Shown: one piece after another, positions 49,208-60,234 of the stretch
Layout of the letters: each line of letters begins with the position of its first letter
Position numbering within the stretch: position 1 is the stretch's first letter
DNA from: Bryobacterales bacterium
GTDB lineage: Bacteria; Acidobacteriota; Terriglobia; Bryobacterales; UBA6623
Direction of reading: 5' to 3'
Assembly (NCBI GenBank): GCA_965261065.1
Contig: OZ253444.1
Coordinates: forward strand, 4,710,381-4,774,380
Length of the DNA stretch: 64,000 nucleotides
Notes under the pieces: generated by a model
Databases searched by the model: none
The model's input: only the letters and a program-made list of their open reading frames with translations
What the model was told of the DNA's origin: nothing
Translations under genes and position numbers: made by a program

Positions 49208-50530
49208 CTACGCAGCGTTGGCGACTCGATGTTCAGGAAGGAAAAACTGGTGCAACCCCTCATCCACGCGCAGCAGCCCATCGCGCGTCAACCGCACGTT
49301 CTCGGCGTCCGTCGTCAGGAACCCGTCGCCCGCCAACTCCTCGAATTGGCACGCAAAGCGCTCCTGCAACGCCACGCCGTACTTGTCCTCGAAGTACCGT
49401 GTGTTCACTCGCCCCTTTTTCATCTGTAGGATGAACTCACGGATCATCCGCTCTTCAGCGGTCGTCTTCAGTGCGCGATAAATCGGCAGCTCGCCCTTTT
49501 CGAGCGCGGCCTCGTACTCCTCGATCCGGCTCTGGTTCTGGAAATGAACACCCTGGAGGTGGGAAAACGACGCCACACCGAGCGCCAACAAGTCCGCGCC
49601 GGCCCACAACAAGTCGCGGTACAAGAACGTGGCGGTCTTCGGGTCTTTGACGGCCGTATAGCCGCTGGTCAACGTATACCCGGCCTTCTCGAATTCCGAG
49701 AACGCGTACTTCGCCCAAGCCCGTTTCACCGGCCAATCCGCCACCGGTGCAGACTCTTGCCCGTGCGCCCGCATTTCCTTTGAGATGACGGTGTTCGGCG
49801 GCAACTCCATCTGGTAGACGGTCACACTGTCGGGGTCCAGCGCAATCGTCTTGCTCACGCACGCTCGCCAGTTTTCGTCCGTCTCGCCAACCATGCCCGC
49901 GATCAAGTCGATGTTGATCTGCGGGAAGCCAACCTCGCGGGCCAGTTGGTAAACCTTGTCGATGTCCGCCGCGTTGTGGGCGCGTCCGTTCAACTCGAGG
50001 ATCGTGTCGGCGAAGTTCTCGACGCCCAGGCTCAGGCGCGTGACGCCGATCTCTCGCAGGATATCGAGCTTGGATTTCGAAACTGTCCCCGGCTCGCACT
50101 CGAATGTGATCTCCTCCGCCTCGTCCCAGGGAAACAAAGGCCGGATCCCGTCGACGAGACGCCGCAACTGCTGCGTTGAAATGTACGACGGGGTGCCGCC
50201 GCCGAAGTAGACGAACTTGGGCTTCCGGCCGGCGGCGGCGGCCTTGCGAGCGTAGAGCGTCAGCTCGTCGATCAGCCCGTCGATATAGCGGTTGATCTCG
50301 GCCGAGTCCTTGTCAGTATATACCTTGAAGTAGCAGAACCGGCAGCGCTTCCGGCAGAACGGGATATGAAAGTACAGACCGAGCGGCACCTTGTCCATCG
50401 GCGGGCGGTCCAGCGCCGCGACCGCCTCCCCCACTTGCCCAGGGGTCCAAAACGAGTAGGGAGGGTAATTGGAAACGAAGTAGCTCCCAACAGCCGTCTT
50501 CTCGCTCGCGCCCGCCGTAGCCTGGGTCAT
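49208..50530 (-). CDS. HemN-like radical SAM enzyme (oxygen-independent coproporphyrinogen oxidase family)
   Basis: 440 aa. The CxxxCxxC cluster motif is in GLYFHIPFCRKRCRFCYF. Also contains YFGGGTPS and a HemN_C-like C-terminus. Confidence 0.75.
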   Translation of the reverse strand: MTQATAGASEKTAVGSYFVSNYPPYSFWTPGQVGEAVAALDRPPMDKVPLGLYFHIPFCRKRCRFCYFKVYTDKDSAEINRYIDGLIDELTLYARKAAAAGRKPKFVYFGGGTPSYISTQQLRRLVDGIRPLFPWDEAEEITFECEPGTVSKSKLDILREIGVTRLSLGVENFADTILELNGRAHNAADIDKVYQLAREVGFPQINIDLIAGMVGETDENWRACVSKTIALDPDSVTVYQMELPPNTVISKEMRAHGQESAPVADWPVKRAWAKYAFSEFEKAGYTLTSGYTAVKDPKTATFLYRDLLWAGADLLALGVASFSHLQGVHFQNQSRIEEYEAALEKGELPIYRALKTTAEERMIREFILQMKKGRVNTRYFEDKYGVALQERFACQFEELAGDGFLTTDAENVRLTRDGLLRVDEGLHQFFLPEHRVANAA

Positions 50531-50801
50531 GTGATGCCCTTTCTCTCCAACACTTGACTTTCATTCTAGACCCTGACCGCCGCCACCGCCGTCACGTGAC
50601 GTGGCGCAGCGCCTGAACTGCCTCCCGTCGGGCAGACCGTATGAGTCTCACGACCGGGACTCGGTCGACCGCCAGCCTCATTGAATCACGACCGTCACGA
50701 CGTTGGCGACGACGCCGTCCACATCGATGACAATCTCCACTTCGCCGCGCCCGATTAGATCTCGTGAAATCGGACCGAGGTTAAACTGATCGAGCCTAAG
50801 T

Positions 50802-51335
50802 CCGCTTGCCCGACCAGCTCTCGGTTCAGCGCCATCAGCCCCAGCAGGTTCTCTTCGCTCGCCAGCATCTCCGTCTCGAAGCCGTGCAGCGTCGAGGTCA
50901 AGGCCGCACCGCGATCCCAGATCTTCTGCGAACCGATCAGCCGAAACGTCGGATCGATCGAAACCCGCTCGGCGTCGTTGAGGTCCTCGTAGCCGGCGAG
51001 TCGGCTGTAAACCGACTGCCGCAACAGATCAGCGAGCGTGAACTGCTTGTTTGTGCCTTGCCGGGAGTCGCTGAGATGCTCGTCAATCAGTTCTCCGAGA
51101 CCGAGCCGTTCGTCCAGTTCGCGAACCAAAATCAGGCCACCGTCGGAAGTGACGTGCGATCCCTGGAAATCGACTTTGAGAAGTCCATTGAAACTTAGCT
51201 GGAATGGCTTGGTTTGTTTTTCACCCATTGGGTGTTGGCCTCCATGGCGTTCTCATCGGGCTCTAGCCCCTATGAATAAAGACGCTCAAGACCGCTGGAA
51301 GGTCGGGATGTCAAACATCAAATTGAAAATGCGGG
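50802..51335 (-). mobile_element. IS1380 fragment (left end plus first ~144 codons of the transposase)
   Basis: Collinear with copy 1 from the end cccgcattttcaatttg (inverted at 51319-51335) to ..LMALNRELVGQA. Homology stops abruptly near 50802. Confidence 0.85.
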
Positions 51336-51912
51336 CTAAGAAGAAGCCCTGGTCTCCCGCAAACAGAACGGGGATCTCTCGTCCGTCGATCGTCGCCCGT
51401 ACTGCGGAGAGATCCGAGCGGCCCCGGACACCCGTGGCGAACAACACCAGAAACACCTCGCTCCCTCGATCCAGGCGGTGGCGCTCAGAGTGGTAAACAA
51501 CGAGGTCGCCACAACGAGCGAGGGGTCATCGAGCGCGAGGACGGTCGCCGCCAGGCGGTCGCAGTAGTCGCCGTCCGGCTGTGTGATACAGGCATCGAAC
51601 GCCGGATCACGCTCGACCGCGTTACCCTGCTCGTCTCGAACCCCCTGGGTCACCACGAGCAGGTAACGCCGATGCTGCAGGGGCAAAGCGGCATCGCTGG
51701 CACGGCTGCAACCCTCCACCTTCGCTCAGTCGTCACGCTCGCAGATCCGTCGGCGTTGGCGCATGAGTCGACCCTGGTGTGTGGGCGGACGCACCGACAC
51801 CTGCGCCGCACGCCAATGGCAACTCATGGTCATCAAGTCACGTACAGAACGATTGAATTTTGGGACAATACGGGGTTGGGAGAGTCCTCTGCATTCTGAA
51901 AACGCGCTGACA

Positions 51913-54531
51913 ATGGCTGCCCCACTCCGCGTTCCTTGGAAGATCGTAGCTCTATTGTCGACGAGCCTCTCTGCGTTTCCTCAAGTAAATCCGGACATCG
52001 CCGGAGTCGCGCACACGGTGCTGGCGGAACACTGCCTGTCCTGCCACGGCTCGGCGAAAACATCAGGACTGGATCTTCGAAGCCGCGAGGCGTTGCTGCG
52101 CGGTGGTGTCCGCGGGCCGGCTGTGACTTCCGGCCAGATTGAGTCAAGCTTGCTCTACCAAGCGGCGGCTCACTTGGGAGATCTAAAGATGCCGCCGGGG
52201 AGCGCCGATCCGCTGCCTGTCGATCAGCTCGGCATCCTTCGACGCTGGCTTGACGCGGGCTTTCCGTACCCAACCCCGGATGGGCAGCCCGGATCGAGTG
52301 CGGACGAAAAATGGTGGTCCTTCAAACCTCCCCGACGCCCCAAAGTGCCCCAAGTGAAGCATGCTGATCTGCCGAACCCGATCGACGCTTTTGTGTTCGA
52401 AAAGTGGGAGCATGCGGGACTGCACCATGCTGCGCCGGCAAGCAAACAGGTGTTGGTGCGGCGAGCCTACTTTGACTTGGTCGGTCTGCCTCCCAGCCCA
52501 GCGGAGATCATCCAATTCACAAAGGACGAATCGCCCGACGCCTACGAGGAGCTGATCGACCGGCTTCTCGAGTCAAAGCGATACGGCGAGCGCTGGGGTC
52601 GGCACTGGCTCGACGTCGTGCGCTATGCCGACAGTGGTGGTTTCGAGACCGACGAGTTCTACCCCGACGCATGGCGGTATCGCGACTACGTGATCAAGTC
52701 GTTCAACTAAGACAAACCCTACGATCGGTTCGTCCAAGAGCAAATCGGCGCGGACGAGCTGTGGCCGAACAACCTGGATCTCTACGACAGCAGCTACGCA
52801 ATCCGCCCCGAGAAGGTGGAACATCTGGAGGCGCGCGTGGGCACGGGTCTCTACACGTTCGGCACGGCTATAGGCGAGTCGTATCTTGAAACGCCGCAGC
52901 TACTGTATGAACGCTTTACGGATTGGGTAGACACGACCGGGGCCGCCTTCATGGGCCTCACGGTGGGGTGCGCCCGGTGCCACGATCACAAGTTTGATCC
53001 GATCACTCAGGAGGAGTACTTCCGACTGCAGGCAGTGTTTGCCGCGAGCCAACCCGTGAGCCTCTCCGTCGTCACAAAGATGACGGAGTTTCACCGGAAC
53101 GAGGCGTACCCCCGCTACGTCGCGCTTGATGAGAGCCGCAATGCCTACGAGCTGTTTCTCGATCGCGTCAAGCAGCGTCTCGTCAACGAAAAGAAGACTG
53201 AGTTTGAAGCGGATATCGTTGGGGCGTTCGAGGTGCCTGAGGACGAGCAAACAGATGAGCAGAAGAAGCTTGCCGAACCTCTCGTCGAGGCGGTGGCGAA
53301 GATCAATCCTGAAGAACACTTCACGGCTGAGGAAACGATCGAGAAGACAAAGTTACAGCTCGCGATCGCCGAGGCTGTGATCGCGGTTCCAAGACAGGAT
53401 GCCTCGCACGGCGTTCGCTTCGACGCTTTGTTCGACATCCCCTCGGCAACGGTGCTGGGCCCTGTCGCGCCGGAGCTGATTCCCGCGATCCATGTTCTTG
53501 ACCGCGGAGACCTACAAAGCCACAAGGCCAGGGTGGGGCCCGGTTTTCCCTCTGCTCTCAGCCGTGGGGATGAGTTCGAGACCCGCGATCCGAACGGCCA
53601 TCGTTATCGAAAAAAGCTCGCTCTTTGGCTCACCAGTCCCGACCACCCACTCACCGCTCGCGTGATGGTCAATCGCCTTTGGCAGTGGCATTTCGGGCGT
53701 GGGATAGTCGGCAGTTCCAATGACTTCGGTCGGCAAGGCCAACCGCCGACTCATCCGAAACTGCTTGACTGGCTGGCCACTGAATTCGTCGCTCGCGGCT
53801 GGAGTCTCAAATCGATGCACCGGCTCATCATGACGTCGTACGCCTACAAGATGTCGAGCCAATTCTCACACAGAGACAACCTTGCGATCAACCAAGACAA
53901 CCGTTACCTTTGGCGCGCCAACCGGCGGCGACTGGAAGCAGAAACGGTTTGGGATGCGATCCACTCGGCGGCGGGCACGCTGAATCTGAAGATGGGCGGG
54001 CGGCCCTTTGTGCCCCCGCTCTCCGATGCCGAGCTTGCGCCCCTGCGTAACAAGTGGTGGTGGACGGTGCCGGCCGATCCGGCGGATCATTCGCGGCGGG
54101 GTGTGTACATGCTGGCCCGTCGTACTTTCCTGTTCCCGATGTTTGACAAGTTCGACACGCCGGATCCGGCCGTGAGCAGCCCGAGCAGAGAAGTGACCAC
54201 GGTCGCTCCCCAGTCACTGTTTCTGCTCAACAATCCGATTGTCTTCCGACAGGCGCTGGCGTTTGCTGGACGACTGGTGCAAGAAACGGGCGAAGACCCT
54301 GCCAAATGGGTCGATCTTGCTTGGCGCATCAGTTTCGCGAGGGCTCCGACGGCTGCGGAAGCGAGGGAAGCGCTTGAACTCCTGGAATCCGCTTCCGGTG
54401 AAGGCGGCTGGGAGAAGGCCCCCGAGAATCTCCCGAAAGCCTTGGTAGGTATCGATCCAGCAAGAGCACGGGCGTTGACGGAGCTGTGTCTGGCGATCTT
54501 TAATTTGAATGAGTTTCTCTTCGTCGACTGA
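51913..54531 (+). pseudogene. PSCyt (CxxCH) + DUF1549 + DUF1553 protein with an in-frame TAA
   Basis: Start at ATG 51913 ([22 protein letters not shown]). The heme-type motif is CLSCHG. The DUF1549 block is [21 protein letters not shown]. The two track ORFs share a frame and are separated by TAA at 52708-52710 inside ..[26 protein letters not shown]... DUF1553 blocks follow (CARCHDHKFDP..). Confidence 0.75.
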
Positions 54532-54536
54532 GTCCA

Positions 54537-55991
54537 ATGTCTATCTCAGCCTCCAGCGGTGAGTTCGTCCGCTCGCGCCGACAGTTTCTGCGCAAGTCCG
54601 CTTTTGGCTTTGGATCGCTTGCGCTGGGTCACCTGCTCGACCGAGATGGCGGCACGTTCGCTGCCGAAACGGCATCGAGCCGTGGGAACCCTCTGCACTC
54701 CAAACAGCCTCATTTCCCCGCCAAGGCGAAAAGCGTCATCTTCATCTTCCTGCAAGGAGGCCTAAGCCAAGTCGACAGCTTCGACCCGAAGCCGGCCTTG
54801 GCTCAGTGGGACGGCAAGTTGCTCCCGGCGGACTTCGGGGGCGGTAGGCTGTTGCTCGCGCAAATCAACGCCTTCGAAGCAAAGTTCATGCAGACCCGCC
54901 GGACATTCAAGAGGCGCGGCGAGTCCGGCATCGAGATTTCTGATCTTTTCGCGCACACGGCGGAGATGGCTGATGACTTAGCCGTCATCCGGTCTTGCTA
55001 CCACGAATCCTTCATTCACGGACCCGCCCTCAGCGTGTTGAACACCGGCTCGTTGCGGTTGGGTGCACCGAGTTTGGGGGCGTGGACCTTGTACGGTCTG
55101 GGGAGCGAGACCGACAGCCTACCGGCCTACGTCGTGATGACGGACAACTATCTGCGGTCGAGCAAATCGCTTTACGGCACCGGTTTTCTACCTGCCACTT
55201 ATCAGGGCACTCTCGTTTCAACTAGCGGACCCGCCTTCGAGAATCTGAATCCACCGCCGCAGATCGGTGCCGGACGACAGCGAAGGATACTCAATCAACT
55301 GCACCATTGGAACCGAAGACACCTCGAAACGCGCGAGGACGACACGAGGCTTGACGCCCGCATGAGCAACTACGAGTTGGCTTTTCGCATGCAGATGGCC
55401 GCGCCCGAACTCATGGATCTGTCAAAGGAGCCTGTGCACATTCGGGAACTCTATGGGCTCGAGGGGAAGGAGACGGGTAAGTTCGGCGGCATGTGTCTGC
55501 TTGCGCGGCGCATGGTCGAAAGAGGCGTACGCTTCGTTCAGCTCTATAGCAGCGGTTGGGACGGCCACAGCGAGTGCGACAAAGGCCACCTTAAGGTAGC
55601 TGCCAAGATGGATAAGCCCGTCGCCGGACTACTCAAAGACCTGAAGCAGCAGGGATTGCTCGACAGTACGCTTGTCGTTTCTGTAGGCGAGTTTGGACGA
55701 ACCCCCATCATGCAAGGGATAGACGGCCGTGACCACAATCCCTACGGGTTCAGCGCATGGATGGCCGGTGGCGGCATTCGAGGCGGCAAGGTTATTGGCG
55801 CGACCGACGAGTTCGGTTTCGCCGCGGTGGAAGACAAGATTCATGTAAACGATCTTCACGCGACAATCCTTGAACTTCTTGGCCTCGATCACATGAAGCT
55901 GACCTACTTTTTCGAGGGCCTCGAGAGGAGGGCCACGGGCGTGGGCGACTCGGGGCACAATAGTATCGCGTCACGTGTACTAGAGGGATGA
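54537..55991 (+). CDS. DUF1501 (sulfatase-fold) protein with twin-arginine signal
   Basis: 484 aa. SRRQFLRKSAFGFGSLALG is Tat-like. The C-terminal block GEFGRTP..GRDHNPYGFSAWMAGGG is typical of DUF1501. It is the standard partner downstream of a DUF1549/1553 gene. Confidence 0.8.
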   Translation: MSISASSGEFVRSRRQFLRKSAFGFGSLALGHLLDRDGGTFAAETASSRGNPLHSKQPHFPAKAKSVIFIFLQGGLSQVDSFDPKPALAQWDGKLLPADFGGGRLLLAQINAFEAKFMQTRRTFKRRGESGIEISDLFAHTAEMADDLAVIRSCYHESFIHGPALSVLNTGSLRLGAPSLGAWTLYGLGSETDSLPAYVVMTDNYLRSSKSLYGTGFLPATYQGTLVSTSGPAFENLNPPPQIGAGRQRRILNQLHHWNRRHLETREDDTRLDARMSNYELAFRMQMAAPELMDLSKEPVHIRELYGLEGKETGKFGGMCLLARRMVERGVRFVQLYSSGWDGHSECDKGHLKVAAKMDKPVAGLLKDLKQQGLLDSTLVVSVGEFGRTPIMQGIDGRDHNPYGFSAWMAGGGIRGGKVIGATDEFGFAAVEDKIHVNDLHATILELLGLDHMKLTYFFEGLERRATGVGDSGHNSIASRVLEG

Positions 55992-56527
55992 AACACATTC
56001 AACTCCCACTCCTTCGCCTGGTGCTGGCTGGGCTGGTCGCAAGTTGTGTCCTGCCGGCGGATGAGTCTGGGCCTTCGATCGCGGAGCCCGCATTCGAAAA
56101 CGTGATTCGCCTGCCTCAGGACTTGTATACGCGTGATGGTCAGTCGCTTCCACAAGATCCCTACCGCGTTCGGGTGCGGTTCGACCACGGCGGCCCGGCG
56201 CTGGTTTTCGAAAGCCCCGACCAAGCCAAAACGGTAATCGAGGGGAAGCAGACGGACCGGATTCAAGAGGGTGCCCCCGGCATTCCCATCGCGGGCACGA
56301 TGTTCCTCCGCTCAACCGATGACCCAATCGGCACCGACGCGGAGCGGCACCATAGCAAGACCGGACATCCCCAATATCAGGAAACAGAACGATACTGGAA
56401 GGCCACGCTCCGCATGTACCGCCATGCGGACGCCAAGCAGAAGGATGTCTTGCTCCTCTTTCAAAGACGGTTGCCCGGTGCGCGCTGGGAATCAACAGAG
56501 TTCTGGGTTCAATCGAAGAAACCGTAA
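55988..56527 (+). CDS. hypothetical lipoprotein
   Basis: 179 aa. Its ATG overlaps the DUF1501 stop (ATGA). The signal is lipobox-like (LVLAGLVASC). No family was recognised. Confidence 0.45.
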   Translation: MKHIQLPLLRLVLAGLVASCVLPADESGPSIAEPAFENVIRLPQDLYTRDGQSLPQDPYRVRVRFDHGGPALVFESPDQAKTVIEGKQTDRIQEGAPGIPIAGTMFLRSTDDPIGTDAERHHSKTGHPQYQETERYWKATLRMYRHADAKQKDVLLLFQRRLPGARWESTEFWVQSKKP

Positions 56528-56533
56528 CCCTTG

Positions 56534-57652
56534 CTAGTCCAAGGGGGCTGTGTCCCTGACAGCCGCGTTCAGCGCCGGCATCAATTCGCGAGCGAATAAC
56601 TCCATACTGTGAAGCCAGCTCTCCTTGTCATCCCAGTCGTAGCTCATCAGGATCAGGGTTCCGAACGGGCCCGTTTCGTCGCGCATCTTGAGTAGGCGGC
56701 GAAGAACTTCATCGACGTCGCCGGCGATGATCTGCTCGGTCATGAGGAAGTCGAGGTTGCAATCCGCGTCGCTCATATCGAGGTCGCGCTTGTAGATCTT
56801 GCGTCCGAGCCCTTTGTCGAAGAGCCTGCCGATGTACTCGTAGTTCTGTCCCAGAGAGTTACTTCGCGCTTTCTGCTCGGCTTCCTTCGTTGTGTCGGTC
56901 AAGAAGATGGATCTCGCAATTTTGAATTGGGAACGGTCGGCGACGCGACCTGCTTCGCCCGCGCCGGCTTCGTAGGAGTTCCACATGTCGGCCAAGACGT
57001 TCGCAGTCACAAGGCAGTGTCCGAAAGGCTGGAATCCCCTGCGACCGGCCTCTCTCATGGAAGAGGAATTCCGGCTCATGCCCGGCATGGCAATCGGAGG
57101 ATGCGGCCTCTGGTAGGGCTTGTGAATGTATCCGATGCCGGTCTCTTCGTCGACCGTATCCTTCAACCGAATGTTCCAGTGCTTGCCTTCGATCACGTAG
57201 GGAGGATCGGATTCCCACAAGCGAAGAATCATGTCGATCGCTTCGCTCACCATGGATGAAGCGTCTTTGGGGTCCACATCGTACAGCTCCTGATCGGCGG
57301 TCACGCTGCCGGGTCCGAAGCACAAGTTGAGTCGCCCTTTTGACAGATGGTCAAGGAACGCGAGGCGTCCGGCGACGTGAGCCGGGTGGTGTTGCTGAAG
57401 GCAGACCGGCGCTGGGCCCATGCGAATCGTTTTGGTCTCGCCAAGAGCTCGGGCAATGAAGATCTCGGGCATCACGATGTTCTCGTACTTCATCGTGTGA
57501 TGCTCGCCGATCCAAAACTCCGAGAAGCCGAACTCCTCCGCGCGAACGATGAGTTCGAGATCTTCGTCGTAACACTGCGCCAACGGTTTCCGCGGCGGGT
57601 GAAACGGCATGATGAACATGCCGTAGCTGATGTTCTGGGTTTCCTCGTTCAT
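56534..57652 (-). CDS. LLM-class (luciferase-like) flavin-dependent oxidoreductase
   Basis: 372 aa. The N-terminus is YGMFIMPFHPP..ELIVRAEEFGFSEFWIGEHH, with TIM-barrel LLM-like organisation. Confidence 0.7.
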   Translation of the reverse strand: MNEETQNISYGMFIMPFHPPRKPLAQCYDEDLELIVRAEEFGFSEFWIGEHHTMKYENIVMPEIFIARALGETKTIRMGPAPVCLQQHHPAHVAGRLAFLDHLSKGRLNLCFGPGSVTADQELYDVDPKDASSMVSEAIDMILRLWESDPPYVIEGKHWNIRLKDTVDEETGIGYIHKPYQRPHPPIAMPGMSRNSSSMREAGRRGFQPFGHCLVTANVLADMWNSYEAGAGEAGRVADRSQFKIARSIFLTDTTKEAEQKARSNSLGQNYEYIGRLFDKGLGRKIYKRDLDMSDADCNLDFLMTEQIIAGDVDEVLRRLLKMRDETGPFGTLILMSYDWDDKESWLHSMELFARELMPALNAAVRDTAPLD

Positions 57653-57805
57653 GGGCAGAAACTAGGGACTCTGGTCGGCGACAATCTCTCACATTCTAGA
57701 CAAGTTATGGACGACTCCAGAAGACTCCATAGAGCGGAATCCCGCTACTCGAGTCTTCTTGCGGGTTGAAGCCCTGGTCGGCTTCCAGTACGATTGTGCT
57801 GACGC

Positions 57806-59170
57806 ATGGCTGCCGGCACAACACCTGATCCCTATCTGCTCACCTCAGATAGTGTGGAAGTTGCCCCCACTCGGGCCTTCGAGACCTTGAAGCGAATCGG
57901 CCCTGGGCTGGTGACGGCGAGCGCGGTCGTGGGTACCGGCGAGTTGATCGCAACCCCGGTCCTCGGAGCAGAGAACGGCTACTCGCTGTTGTGGCTCGTC
58001 ATCTTAAGCTGCGGGATCAAGGTCGTAGTTCAGAACGAGTTGGGCCGATACACCATCGGCACCGGCGAGACCGGGCTGGAGGCGCTGAATCGTCTACCGG
58101 GACCCCGCTTCCGTGTTTCGTGGGTCCTATGGCTGTGGCTGTGCATGTATACCACGACGCTGATGACCCAGAGCAGCATGCTGGCCGGCATCGCCGAGGT
58201 GATGAATCGCATCTTTCCATCGATATCGATTCCGGTGTGGGTATGGACGGTGACGATAGGAACGATCGTCTTGTTGGTTGTCGGCCGCTATGGGTTCATC
58301 GAGAAGGTCTCGATCAGTCTGGTCGTCTGCTTTACGCTCGTCACTGTTGGCGCCGCGCACGTTCTGATGCTGAGGCCTGAGTACTTCTCGTGGGAGAGTG
58401 TGGCCGACGGACTCTCGTTTCACTTGCCGCAAGGTGGGTTGGTAACGGCAGCGGCAGTATTTGGAATCACAGGGGTTGGGTCGGCGGACCTCATCAACTA
58501 CCCGTATTGGTGCATTGAGAAGGGGTACGCTCGTTACACGGGTCCGCGCGACGAAACCCCGGCTTGGGTCAGCCGGGCGCGGGGGTGGATTCGCGTCATG
58601 GGAGTGGATGTCGGCACGTCGGCCGTTGTCTACACGTTCGCGACCATTGCGTTCTATCTGCTGGGCGCGGGCATCCTACATGGGCTCGGAGTCGTGCCTG
58701 AGGGGACTGAGACCATTCGTGCCCTTTCGAACATTTACACCGAGACATTGGGCGGCTGGTCAAACTACCTTTTCCTTGCCGGCGCCATCGCTGTTTTGTA
58801 TTCGTCTCTCTTTGCCGGGACGGCGGCCGCCGCCCGGCCCTATGCTGACTTCGTGCGTCTACTCGGTGGTTACGATCGACATGACTCTGTGGCGCGTTTC
58901 CGTTACATTCAGGTCTTCTCCGTGGTCTTACTCTTGATCCCGGTACTCTACTACGTCCTCTTGCGGGAGCCGGTGTTGATGGTGAAGATCGGTGGCGTAG
59001 CCCAAGCCCTCATGCTCCCCATCATCGGAGCAGCGACGTTGTACTTGCGGTATGTTCACCTACCGGGGAAGATTCTGCCCAAAGGCTGGATTACTCTGGC
59101 GCTTTGGATCACGACCGCCGTGACCGCCGTGATGATGGGGTACTCGCTTTTGCGGCAACTGGGTTTCTGA
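57806..59170 (+). CDS. Nramp-family divalent metal transporter
   Basis: 454 aa and about 11 hydrophobic segments. The N-terminal block is LKRIGPGLVTASAVVGTGELIATPVLGAENGYSLLWLVIL. Confidence 0.75.
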   Translation: MAAGTTPDPYLLTSDSVEVAPTRAFETLKRIGPGLVTASAVVGTGELIATPVLGAENGYSLLWLVILSCGIKVVVQNELGRYTIGTGETGLEALNRLPGPRFRVSWVLWLWLCMYTTTLMTQSSMLAGIAEVMNRIFPSISIPVWVWTVTIGTIVLLVVGRYGFIEKVSISLVVCFTLVTVGAAHVLMLRPEYFSWESVADGLSFHLPQGGLVTAAAVFGITGVGSADLINYPYWCIEKGYARYTGPRDETPAWVSRARGWIRVMGVDVGTSAVVYTFATIAFYLLGAGILHGLGVVPEGTETIRALSNIYTETLGGWSNYLFLAGAIAVLYSSLFAGTAAAARPYADFVRLLGGYDRHDSVARFRYIQVFSVVLLLIPVLYYVLLREPVLMVKIGGVAQALMLPIIGAATLYLRYVHLPGKILPKGWITLALWITTAVTAVMMGYSLLRQLGF

Positions 59171-60167
59171 CGAGTTCGCCGGCGGACACCAAAGCAATGC
59201 CGAAAGCCTGGTATCCACTTGACTCAGGTGACCCCAACATCTTGTAGTTGGGCTCACAGCGTCTTAGCGTCCCAATCGGCGTCGGCTCCACCGCCATGGC
59301 CTGCTGCACAAGGCGGTAGAAGAGCTTGCCCCGACTGCGTGATCTGCGCCGATTGAAGCGGAACACGAACTCGTCGAGATAGTAGTCCAGATGCTCGTGG
59401 CTGACCGCCCCCTGATGCGTGCCCAGCATCCAGCGCTTGAGTAGCGAGATCGCCAAGTGCACCCTCGGCAGTAGCTGCGAGGCCTGCTCGCGGCGGTTGT
59501 TAATCGAGATGATACGACGCTGGTAGTCCTTCTTCTTGAGCGGATCGTAGCCCGACCAGTTGTCGGTAACAACCACGCTGCCCGGCTCGACCGACTCCTC
59601 GACGAAGGGCATCAAACTGGCCGCCGAGGCGTTCTGAACGCGCTGCATGCGGATGCGCCCCAGCCCGGTGCCTCTCTCTTCCGCGGCGACTGCAATCAAC
59701 GCTTTACGCTCGGTCTGCCGGCCGATTACCCCTTCTTCTTCAGCGCCCCAGTAGGTCTCATCGACCTCGACGAGGCCCGTCAATCGCTCCCGCCCCGGGC
59801 GCACCATCGCTCGCCTCAGCTTGTGCATCCAAGGCCAGGCGGTTTGGTAACTGCTCAGTCCCAGAACGCGCTGTAGACCCAGGGCGCTGGCCCCATTCTT
59901 CTGCGTGGTGATGGTCCACATCGCCCGGAACCACAGCCGCAGCGGCTTGCGTGTGTCTTGAAAGATCGTGCCGGCGGTGACGGAGGTTTGCCGCCCGCAG
60001 CGAGCGCATTCGAACCACACTTTGCGCACCGGCCAAGCGCGCTCATGCCCACACCTTGGACAGCGGAAACCCTCTGGCCAGCGCAAGGCGAACAGATAGT
60101 CGCGGCAAGCCTCCTCGCTCGCAAAGTGAGACTCGAATTCGAGTTGGTCGCGCGGGTAATCCTCCAC
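59109..60167 (-). pseudogene. IS1595-family transposase, copy B, with a 19-bp deletion near the 3' end
   Basis: Identical to copy A except for a few substitutions and the loss of taccgctcgatcgtcgccg (between cgccg repeats, junction near 59277). This shifts the frame, so the ORF reads out of the element (..AVEPTPIGTLRRCEPNYKML..). Confidence 0.8.
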
Positions 60168-60217
60168 CAGGCCCTACACTACATCTTGGGGTCACCTGAG
60201 TCAAGTGGATACCCAGC
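59206..60217 (-). mobile_element. IS1595-family insertion sequence, copy B (1012 bp) with 8-bp TSD tgccgaaa
   Basis: Same terminal IRs as copy A. tgccgaaa lies at 59198-59205 and 60218-60225. It is inserted in the 64-bp spacer between the Nramp gene and the TPP-enzyme gene. Confidence 0.9.
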
Positions 60218-60234
60218 TGCCGAAATTCAAGAGC

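Noticed and set aside
50531-50801. The minus-strand peptide ..GRGEVEIVIDVDGVVANVVTVVIQ-stop, resembling the C-terminus of a TonB-like or beta-sandwich protein, lying between the radical-SAM gene and the IS1380 fragment.
   Set aside because: Only about 25 codons are readable, with no start and no upstream continuation. It is probably the tail of a gene destroyed by the IS, and it is too short to call.
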